Origin: Octopus sinensis
Taxonomy: Eukaryota
Reading direction: 5' to 3'
Assembly (NCBI RefSeq): GCF_006345805.1
Contig: NW_021825863.1
Location: 1-14,360, forward strand
DNA: 14,360 nucleotides
Each line of letters starts with the position of its first letter. Position 1 is the first letter of the stretch. Under the pieces are notes generated by a model that was not told where the DNA came from, made no database searches, and was given only the letters and a program-made list of their open reading frames with translations. Below, in pieces: positions 1 to 8,092 of the stretch. A program made the translations under genes and the position numbers.

Positions 1-127
1 TTTTGAGCATAGTGTATCCCACACTTCAGCGTGCAACATACCTCTGATGGTGTGATTTGAGCGAAATTTGGTAGCGACTTCTAGTATATCGGTTGATCAG
101 GTAACTTCATTGACTCAGGTTACTTAT
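1..127 (+). repeat. Direct repeat copy 1 (runs off the window edge); partner at 616-742
   Basis: ttttgagcatagtgtatccc...tacttat recurs at offset 615 with 7 substitutions in 127 nt and no indels. Confidence 0.95.
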
Positions 128-498
128 GGAAGCACTCCGTCGGTTACGACGATGAGGGTACCGGTTGATCCGATCAACGGAACAGCCTGCTCGTGAAATT
201 AACGCGTAAGTGGCTGAGCACTCCACAGACACGTGTACCCTTAACGTAGTTCTCGGGGATATTCAGCGTGACACAGAGAGTGACAACGCCGGCTCTTTGA
301 AATACAGGTACAACAGAAACAGGAAGTAAGAGTGAGAGAAAGTTGTGGTGAAAGAGTACAGCAGGGATCACCACCCCCTGCCTCGTGGAGCTTGAGGTGT
401 TTTCGCTCAATAAACACTCACAACGCATGGTCTGGAATCGACCGCAATCCTACGACCGCGAGTCCGCTGCCCTAACCACTGGGCCATTGCGCCTCCAC
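128..498 (-). mobile_element. tRNA-derived SINE (octopus OK/OR-type)
   Basis: Minus-strand head gtggaggcgcaatggcccagtggttagggcagcggactcgcgg has A-box-like TGGCCCAGTGG and B-box-like GGTCGATTCC. The body resembles octopus SINEs as I recall them; the family name was not checked. Confidence 0.8.
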
Positions 499-615
499 AA
501 CACATTTCCATAGACGTAGCAAGATATTCGCAGTTTAATCCTAGTTCAAACCACACTGATTACAATTATTATTAAAAGCATTCTAGCTGTGAACATTCAA
601 TCTGAATTTTCTTTC

Positions 616-742
616 TTTTGAGCATAGTGTATCCCACACTTCAACATGCAACATACCTCTGATGGTGTGATTAGAGCGAAATTTGGTAGCGACTTCTAGT
701 ATATCGGTTGAGCACGTAACCTCATTGACTCAGCTTACTTAT
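616..742 (+). repeat. Direct repeat copy 2 of 1-127
   Basis: Direct alignment with 1-127. Confidence 0.95.
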
Positions 743-1433
743 AAATCATTGATAGCTAAAGAGTCAATGATTAAACTTCAAATGACGATTGTAGATTGCA
801 GTTCATAAATTCGCATGGTAAAGGATAGAAGTCGTAAACTTCTTGACTATAACTGTTTCATTCGATATGCAAGTATTAAACATTCTTTACTACCGACAAT
901 ACATTTACAACATGAAAGCATTGTAGCATATTATATTACTAAATGCACACAAAAATAAATAAATGAATAAATAAACTAGATAGAAACAGCTTTTTGTGTT
1001 TAGAACGTCTATATTATATAGAGTTCCTCAAAAAACTAGATTGATTATTGAAGGTGGAGCCATAACAAAATATGATATAGAACGTACAATTCACAATTGT
1101 AGTGAAGTCCAACTCAACCTAACACCAATCTGTATTATCAAACAATGGAGGCTCTATGTGGTCTCTCGGCCAAGAATAGCAGTTGAGTCTCTCTGAAACC
1201 ACACCTTGGTGTTTTGAAAATGGCACATTCTATAATGTGATACTTAATATGTTGTATCTCGAAAAATAAAATAAAGAGGGTATACTTACGGTTAGAATAC
1301 GTTTTGGTCATAGTTCAAAGCTCACCTGAGGCTAGTCAGCGATAGCAACACAAGTAGTGGCTACAATAACAGTCATTAGATAGCCAATGAAAAAAGTCTC
1401 TTACTGCAACACAAAGCCTAACCATTACACCGT

Positions 1434-1546
1434 CTATATATATATATGTGTGGTGTGTGGGTGTGTTGTATGTATATATATATAATATATATTATATATA
1501 TATTATATATATATTATATATGTATATATATATGTACATATATGTA

Positions 1547-1590
<44 letters not shown>
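1434..1590. repeat. (TA)n-rich microsatellite
   Basis: Visible dinucleotide array. Confidence 0.95.
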
Positions 1591-1595
<5 letters not shown>

Positions 1596-1605
1596 TTTTA
1601 GAAGG

Positions 1606-1655
1606 AGCTTCTACAGGACTAGAACTGTTTCATTCAAAGAAATCATCAGGAAGCT
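1606..1655 (-). ncRNA. Type I hammerhead ribozyme motif, family A
   Basis: Minus strand reads AGCUUC-CUGAUGA-UUUC UUU GAAU-GAA-ACAG UUCUAGUC CUGU-A/GAAGCU: 6-bp stem I, 4-bp stem III, GUA triplet, predicted cut between 1612 and 1611. Confidence 0.8.
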
Positions 1656-1702
1656 TCCTGATGATTTATTTTGAATGAAACAGTTCTAGTCCTGTAGAAG
1701 CT
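1652..1702 (+). ncRNA. Type I hammerhead ribozyme motif, family A (stem II weakened)
   Basis: AGCUUC-CUGAUGA-UUUAUUUUGAAU-GAA-ACAG UUCUAGUC CUGU-A/GAAGCU; predicted cut after 1696. Confidence 0.75.
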
Positions 1703-1792
1703 CAAGCTCCTTCTATAAAATAAATTAATTTACTCTGCTATGTATTGAGTACCTTATTTACTGTGGTTAACCCCGACTCAACCCGGACCTAC

Positions 1793-1860
1793 ATATTTAT
1801 ATATATATATATGTATGTATGTATGTATTATATATATATATATGTATATATCTATATATG

Positions 1861-1918
<58 letters not shown>

Positions 1919-2071
1919 CGTATACATGCATATATATATACATATACATGCATATATATGTATATATATGTGTGTGTATATATATATATATGTATATATA
2001 TATATGTGTGTGTGTATATATATATATATGTATATATATATGTGTGTATATATATATGTATATATATATAC
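1793..2071. repeat. (TA)n/(TG)n compound microsatellite
   Basis: Visible array. Confidence 0.95.
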
Positions 2072-2190
2072 ATCAATTTGATCAGGCATGTTGAAATATC
2101 ATTTGATTACGGGTCAAGCACGGTTTGTGGCGATAAACCATCTCTGGTACACGTTTACACTATTTGCTATCCGTTTATTTATTTTATTAA

Positions 2191-2411
2191 GGCGGCGAGC
2201 TGACAGGATCGTTAACATGCCAGGCGAAATGCTTAGCAGCATTTCGTCTATCTTTACACCCTGAGTTCAAACTCCGCCGAGATCCACTTTGCCTTTCACC
2301 CTTTCGGGGTCGATAAATTAAGTACCAATGAAATACTGGGGTCGATGTAATTGACTAGTCCCTTACGCACAAATTTCAAACTTGGTGCCTATAAGCAGAA
2401 AGAATTATTAA
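2191..2411 (+). mobile_element. tRNA-derived SINE with Nin/Deu-like central domain
   Basis: Head ggcggcgagctgacagga, B-box-like gagttcaaactcc, central gcctttcaccctttcggggtcgataaattaagtacc (Nin/Deu-domain-like), tail agaattatta. Homologous to 6928-7141. Confidence 0.8.
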
Positions 2412-3154
2412 AGCTGAGAGCTGACCATATTGTGCACTTGTGAATCTTGTGATGGTATGTTTAGTAAAAGTGTGGTGGCACGGTGTGTATATAGCTGTCG
2501 GGAAGAAAACCACAAAGTATGTTTGTAAATATGTATGTGTAAGTTTGTATGTATGTGTGTGTGCACGTGTTTGTTTATTTGTTTGTATGTGTGTGTGTTT
2601 CCAACTGTATGCAACTTAAGGACATCGAGCCCATTGATTAATTCATGGATATGTGTTTATCCGAGAGGAAAGATGAGTTACTCTTCCCCACGGATCCAGT
2701 ATATTAGAAAACCGTGGTGTAAAATGACATCGAAGACGGAGTGGTACCATAATATGTGATCCATTGAGCAGAAATGGCAAACGATGGATGATACGATGTA
2801 TTTAGGCAAACTTCTTGAATAATATCTGCTCACTAATGCCATCGGTCAATCTCCAACCAGCCTGGCATGCATATAGCAGTTGCGTTGTTGGAACGTAATG
2901 CAATAGATGAATTTCTTAGTAGTGTAAATGAAACGGTTCGCCAGTGATATGCAGAGAAAGATTAGGATTTGTAAGGGTTGTGGCTTTCAGGAGAAATACA
3001 CACACACACAGGCACACAAGCATATATATATATATATGTATGTGTGCGTGTATGTGTGTGTAATATAAAGATATATATATATATATATATATAATAACAT
3101 TATTGGTGTAATTGAAGAAATGGAGCTGAACGCAGATTGAACAGAAATCGTTTA

Positions 3155-3245
3155 TTTCATTCTACACGTGTTTCGAAAGGCACAAATTACCAAAATCCGA
3201 TTGAATAATGGGACCATATTGTGTCTTTCTCTCTTCAGGAAGAAA
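3155..3245 (-). ncRNA. Type I hammerhead motif, family B
   Basis: Minus strand reads UUUCUUC-CUGAAGA-(GA)GAAAG...CUUUC-GAA-A CACGUG U-A/GAAUGAAA, with palindromic stem III and GUA triplet. Confidence 0.7.
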
Positions 3246-3411
3246 AAAGGAAATCCGTTGGAAAAACAAACACAACAGAGGCAGAGCAAAAAACAAATCG
3301 AACTGTGCTCCTAAGAGCCCATGGCGAGTTTCGCCATGGGCTCTTAGGAGCACAGTTCGATTTGTTTTTTGCTTGCCTCTGTTCTGTTTTGTTTTCCAAC
3401 GGATTTCCTTT

Positions 3412-3500
3412 TTTCTTCCTGAAGAGAAAGACACAATATGGTCCCATTATTCATCGGATTTTGGTAATTTGTGCCTTTCGAAAACACGTGTAGAATGAAA
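3412..3500 (+). ncRNA. Type I hammerhead motif, family B
   Basis: CUGAAGA at 3419-3425; stem II GAAAG(3426-3430)/CUUUC(3475-3479), extendable by CACAA/UUGUG; GAAA(A) then CACGUG-UA; predicted cut after 3492; stem I UUUCUUC/GAA(U)GAAA. Confidence 0.75.
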
Positions 3501-3960
3501 TAAAACGATTTCTGTTCAATCTGCGTTCAGCTCCATTTCTTCAATTCACCAATAATGTTTTTAATTTCAATTATCCGCACCAACGCACGGTTGCAACGCC
3601 AGATGGTTGTACCTCCAACCGTGCTGTTCACTGCTGTGATTTTTGCTACTAAGGTATCGGTTAAACTTTTGATTAATCTACGACAAGATTATTCATCTTT
3701 CTATTTCACATAATATATATATATATATATATATGCATATATATATATAATTATACCATATGTTAGATATATAGATATATATTATATCATATCTTGATAC
3801 TGTGTGGACTAAAATTCCCGTTGACAGGCTGCTGGTATTTATAGTGTTAAACTCTTTCGGTATGCAACTTAGGGATTCCTTCATAGAGTAACTGCTGCAT
3901 TTGTTGAGTATATAAACAGTTCGGCTGCTTGTTTCTCGGGAGACTGTCAGAATGATGTAG

Positions 3961-4007
3961 ACGTCTCTGATGAGAACCCAATAAGGTTCGAAAATCGATT
4001 AAAGTTG
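3961..4007 (+). ncRNA. Type I hammerhead motif, family C (stem I decayed)
   Basis: CUGAUGA at 3967-3973, perfect stem II GAACC/GGUUC with 6-nt loop, GAA, palindromic AAUCGAUU, then A17. Stem I has only 1 Watson-Crick plus 2 wobble pairs. Confidence 0.65.
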
Positions 4008-4079
4008 TTCATCATTTTCTTTTCAGTCTGCGGAGAAATGGCTAAGATTTTGTCCTGTTTATAATTATACCAAATGTCA

Positions 4080-4128
4080 TATATGCAGATACGTGCATAT
4101 ATATTAATATATATATATATATATATAC

Positions 4129-4171
<43 letters not shown>

Positions 4172-4317
4172 TGTGTGTGTGCATATGTATCTGATCATAT
4201 TTGTGCATGCGTATCTGAGCGCACAGTTGTTTTCATTATGCATGTATTTATACATAGTGACTTTGTTTATTTTACTTCATTTGTTTTATACTTTGATTAC
4301 ACACACACACACACATT

Positions 4318-4391
<74 letters not shown>

Positions 4392-4410
4392 ACGTATATG
4401 TATGTGTATG
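4080..4410. repeat. (TA)n, (TG)n and (AC)n microsatellites
   Basis: Visible arrays; long pure (AC)n at ~4320-4378. Confidence 0.95.
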
Positions 4411-5116
4411 TTCATTAGAAAATTGTTGTCTTCGCCAGTGCATTTGAACATTTTATAATTATATTGCCTTCAAGACAAATAAAGACATTATTATTATTTT
4501 TGTCATTATCAATATCATAATAACTATTATTATTTAACATTTACAACGCACCAGTCTATTTCTCTTACCCCCTCTCTCTCTCTATTTCACGAACGAAACA
4601 AAATAATCCGTCAAGACGAAGGTCTTAGTGCAAAGTTAGATTGCCTTAATACGTAGACTAAAATGGAAGTTAATATGAGTAACATTTGTGATAAACAAGT
4701 ACAAAATGGACGTAGTTGGCGTGAAATTTATGTAAATTGCTTTCTATTATAAGAAATGTTTCACTGTATGACCAAATATAGTTGCTAGTAGCTTTTCAAG
4801 TTAATGTTTTGTCAGTATAATTTTTCACTAATCAAGTGATATTACTATGATATCAAAATCATATTTGATAGTTAAGTTAATTAGAAATGTTTTCGGTTTG
4901 TGTGAGAAAGTTGTAGAAAGAGATTTTGTTTTATACTTATTTTAGATATAAGGACAACATATAGAAACTAGCTGGGTTTTTTTTCTGTTTTTTTTCTTCG
5001 GTTTTTGACTATGTGCCAGTAACAGTTGATGGTCAAATAGTTTTAAAGTTTTACCATTCTAAAGCACCTAGCAGAAAAATTACCAAAAGAGGTGGGCAGC
5101 AGGTACAGAATTTAGT

Positions 5117-5118
5117 AG

Positions 5119-5163
<45 letters not shown>

Positions 5164-5210
5164 TCATCATCAGCAGCAGCAGTAGCAGCAGAAGCAGCAG
5201 CAGCAACAGC

Positions 5211-5243
<33 letters not shown>
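5117..5243. repeat. (AGT)n/(AGC)n trinucleotide microsatellite
   Basis: Visible array; explains the poly-Ser and poly-Leu ORFs. Confidence 0.95.
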
Positions 5244-5244
5244 T

Positions 5245-5860
5245 TGCTGTTAGCAACTGCAAAAAGCACATGAACTGGTGGGGAGAGAGATTCTAGAGAG
5301 CTGGTATTCTGGTGAAGGATTAAGCATAGAGGTTAGAGCTATGAAAGAAGGCTGGACAGACCAACGGCCACAAGAGATGGAGGGATGAGTAGGTCTGAGT
5401 GTCCTGACTGATTGTGGTGGGTAGGAGACTGGCCAGCTCTGAGTAGTAGAGACCATTATAGTGGGGACAGAAAAGAGAGAAAGGAGAGTACACGTGTGGG
5501 CCAGGCGCAGTTGTGTGATCGTTAGGATGGGATGACAGTCAGCTGTGTTTCCCTTCTCTGGAGGCAGATTAGGATGTCAATTTACGTAGTGGTAGCATTC
5601 CCGATATGTGCGCAGTTCTCCAATGCTGGTTTCACTTGGCCCCTGTAGAGTGCCAGCTGCTGTTGGGGACTGAAATATCTTCTGGCTCAAAACAAAAGGA
5701 TTAGTTTTTGGGATGCAGCCTCAGCTATACTAAGGTTGTGCTTTCGCCATGAGAAATCCCCAGTGATAGTCAGGGTCAAGTATTTGAAGAGACTGTGAGG
5801 GCTCTAACTGTGTCTTGCCCATGATTTGAAGGGATGCGATACGGTGTGCTTCCTAGAAAT
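5245..5860 (-). mobile_element. Decayed 3' fragment of a CR1/L2-group LINE (post-RT ORF2 region)
   Basis: Minus-strand translation with stops and shifts: LQIL.LTITGDFSWRKHNLSIAEAASQKLILLF*ARRYFSPQQQLALYRGQVKPALENCAHIG. This matches the typical pattern ILG..F..DLSW..HI..I...ASQKL..L.R.R.YF....L..LY...IRP..EYC..W. Confidence 0.7.
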
Positions 5861-5876
5861 GAATGATGTTTATGTA

Positions 5877-6282
5877 TTTTTTTTTTTTTTTTACTTGTTT
5901 CAGCCATTTAACTGCGGCCATGCTGGAGCACCGCCTTTAGTCGGGCAAATCGACCCCGGGACTTATTCTCTGTAAGCCCAGTACTTATTCTATCGGTCTC
6001 TTTTTGCCGAACCGCTAAGTGACGGGGACGTAAACACACCAGCATCGGTTGTCAAGCGATGTTGGGTAGGGGGACAAACACAGACACACAAACACACACA
6101 TATTTATATACATATATACGACAGGCTTCTTTCAGTTTCCGTCTACCAAACCCTCTCACAAGGCATTGGTCGGCCCGGGGCTATAGCAGAAGACACTTGC
6201 CCAAGATGCCACGCAGTGGGACTGAACCCGGAACCATGTGGCTGGTTAGCAAGCTACTTACCACACAGCCACTCCTGCGCCT
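5877..6282 (-). mobile_element. Full-length tRNA-derived CORE-type SINE (OR2-like) with A-rich tail
   Basis: Minus-strand head aggcgcaggagtggctgtgtggt (A box), ggttcagtccc (B box), CORE-like ttgggcaagtgtctt, internal CA/TA tract, and 3' end ggcggtgctccagcatggccgcag...gaaacaagtaaaaa. Confidence 0.85.
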
Positions 6283-6300
6283 ATGTGATTTTTTTGTTTT

Positions 6301-6479
6301 TATTTTATCTTACGTCCATTGTCTGGAAATCTTTTGTCACATATCTATGACCGCTCCTGCAACTCATCATACGCGTGTATCTTCCTGTTTTGTTTAGGAT
6401 ACACGTGAATAGAAGAGTTACTAAAGAAGTCACAGATGTGTGACGAAAGATTTCCAGACAATGGACATAAGATAAAATA
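6301..6479. repeat. Imperfect inverted repeat (fold-back)
   Basis: 6301-6351 versus 6429-6479: 51-bp arms with 4 transition mismatches. A weaker inner pairing is gtgtatc/gatacac. Confidence 0.85.
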
Positions 6480-6713
6480 CGTACAATAATAAGCGAGTGA
6501 AGACCGAATATATAGTGATTTTTTTGTCTTTTCGGAGGGGGGGTGCTTTGAGGTCGGTGAGCATGGCTTCACTGAAGGATACTCGCGAGTTCTCAATTCA
6601 GAAAGTCAATATCAATTTGGTGTAGATGGTGCATTACTGGAAAATATTCGGGAGTACTGAAAGGACGTTCATTTGCGTATGAACGGTAGTTGCTGGATGA
6701 GGTGGCACGAATT

Positions 6714-6764
6714 TTTGTCAGTGAACAGGTCGCGGTCTCAAAGCGACGAAAATATTTTGACGAA
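6714..6764 (+). ncRNA. Type I hammerhead-like motif, family D, with G3-C8 swapped core (GUGAACA)
   Basis: Stem I UUUGUCA(6714-6720)/UGACGAA(6758-6764); core GUGAACA(6721-6727)+G; stem II GUCGC/GCGAC; GAA; palindromic AAUAUU; U17. Confidence 0.65.
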
Positions 6765-6927
6765 TTAAATTTAAATGTTGAAGTGAATCTAACGGTTTTT
6801 ATGTGTTTCTTAAATGGCTTATAAACACCTTCCACGCTGCAATTGTTTTCGTTCCAGCACACGATCTCAGATCAGGTCACTTGCTATGCAAGTACATCTC
6901 CGTAATATATTAAAAATATACAATTTC

Positions 6928-7141
6928 TAATAATCATTTCTGCGATAGGAACAACGCCTGAACTTTGGGAGAGGGGGATAGACGATTACATCGTACTCAA
7001 CTGGTACTTAATTTATCGACCTCTAAAAGGATGAAAGTCAAAGTCAACCTCGGCGGAATTTGAACTCACGATGTAAAGATGGACGAAATACCGATGCGCA
7101 TTCCACCTGTCCTGCTAACGACTCTGCCAGCTCACCGTCTT
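6928..7141 (-). mobile_element. tRNA-derived SINE with Nin/Deu-like domain (same family as 2191-2411)
   Basis: Reverse complement aligns to 2191-2411: gagctggcagag, gagttcaaattccgccgagg, cgataaattaagtacc. Confidence 0.8.
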
Positions 7142-7314
7142 GTGCTTTCTTACAATATTTAATTATAAAAATGCAATTGGCTATGAGGAGAATCCTACGG
7201 AGCGCAATAAGAATCATAGATAATAAATAGTTTAGAAGCACTGAGTGAAATAATCCTGAAATTTAAGTCGGACGTAGTAGAGTAGCTTTTCTTTGGATTT
7301 TACAAAATATATAT

Positions 7315-7452
7315 AGACGCCGGCGTGTCTGTGTGTTTCAGGGTTCAATCCCAATATGTGGCACCTTAGATAAGTGTCTTCTACTAAGCCTCGAGTTAAC
7401 TAAAGCCTTGTGAGTAGACTTGTTGGACGAAAACTGAAAGAAACCTATCGTC
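7315..7452 (+). mobile_element. Degenerate 5' half of CORE-type SINE
   Basis: gggttcaatccc...taagtgtcttctact...ccttgtgagt...aaactgaaagaaacctatcg aligns to the reverse complement of 6120-6282, with a deletion between the A and B boxes. Confidence 0.7.
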
Positions 7453-8092
7453 TATATATATATATACATATATATATATATCTCGTTTTGTAACTAATTG
7501 TACTTTTTGTACATGTATTTTATTTTTGCAGTTTTGTTTATCGTGTGTCTATGCCAGAAAAAAGCTTTTCGTTCGTCCTCTTGTGTTTGTTTTTGTACAT
7601 GTATTTTAATTTTGCAGTCTTATTGTTACGTCTTGTTTATGTTCGTACTCATTTTGCCCCGCTGCTTGAAATTTTATTTTAATTCTCTCGCAGGAAGGCC
7701 TATTGGATAGTGTTCTGTTATGCCTTCGAAACATGCGACTCCTCTAGCGACAGCTGATGACGGGGGTTTTGTCCTTGTGTAGCTCGTCCTGTATTGTTTT
7801 TCGTTTTCTTGTTCTTCGTTTTCCGTTTTCTTGTTTTTTGCTTGTTTGGCTTCTTTTCCGTTTCTACGTCTTTTGTGATGTCCTGTACTCCCGTATAATT
7901 ATTTATATATGCATGTATATATACATGTAGATGTAGGTACGTACATATATGTTTGTATGTATGCATATATTTATTTATCTCCTATATATATTATATATAT
8001 AGATATATATATATAATATATATATAGTAGGTCCCGGGTGATTCGGGGTTAACCACAGTAAATAAGGTACTCAATACATAGCAGAGTAAAAT

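Larger units (their letters stand above)
1591..1792. mobile_element. ORF-less Penelope-like pLTR fold-back with two inverted HHRs; same family as the 8027-13377 element
   Basis: Palindrome centred on AAGCTT (1651-1656). The right arm 1651-1792 matches the reverse complement of 8027-8162. Both flanks are (TA)n. Confidence 0.85.
3096..3559. mobile_element. ~460-bp near-perfect fold-back; inverted Penelope-like pLTR pair with twin HHRs (family B)
   Basis: Arms of ~230 bp pair around a 3-nt loop (GTT, 3328-3330) and differ mainly by small indels. (TA)n lies on the left; unique sequence continues to ~3709 on the right, then (TA)n. Confidence 0.85.

Noticed and set aside
430-498. tRNA gene calls at SINE heads (also 2191-2280, 6215-6282, 7060-7141)
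   Set aside because: tRNA-like A/B boxes run into SINE bodies with no complete cloverleaf.
1448-2203. ORFs rich in Y/I/M/C/V or H/T here and at 2408-2759, 3947-4447, 8289-8866 and 10642-13684
   Set aside because: They are translations of TA/TG/AC dinucleotide repeats, which lack stop codons; no protein motifs.
2605-2990. Higher-complexity segment that might be a decayed coding fragment
   Set aside because: The frames I translated contain stops and no motif I recognise; needs TBLASTX or an HMM search.
3162-3498. Four overlapping 70-96 aa ORFs on both strands
   Set aside because: They mirror each other because the DNA is a palindrome; no recognisable domain.
1591-3559. CRISPR array or prokaryotic terminator interpretation of the palindromes
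   Set aside because: Eukaryotic context, no repeat-spacer periodicity, and the hairpins are explained by inverted pLTRs.
3693-3884. KESL...N peptide resembling a GIY-YIG C-terminus on the minus strand
   Set aside because: Match too short, and in the opposite orientation to the adjacent HHR.
5013-5273. Poly-Ser and poly-Leu (signal-peptide-like) ORFs
   Set aside because: Products of the (AGT)n/(AGC)n microsatellite.
7694-7790. HHR-like pieces: GAAGGC/GCCTTC hairpin followed by GAAA, then CTGATGA at ~7754
   Set aside because: The elements cannot be assembled into a type I, II or III fold: no core before the hairpin, no GAAA after the core, stem I at most 2 bp. At best a PLE relic.
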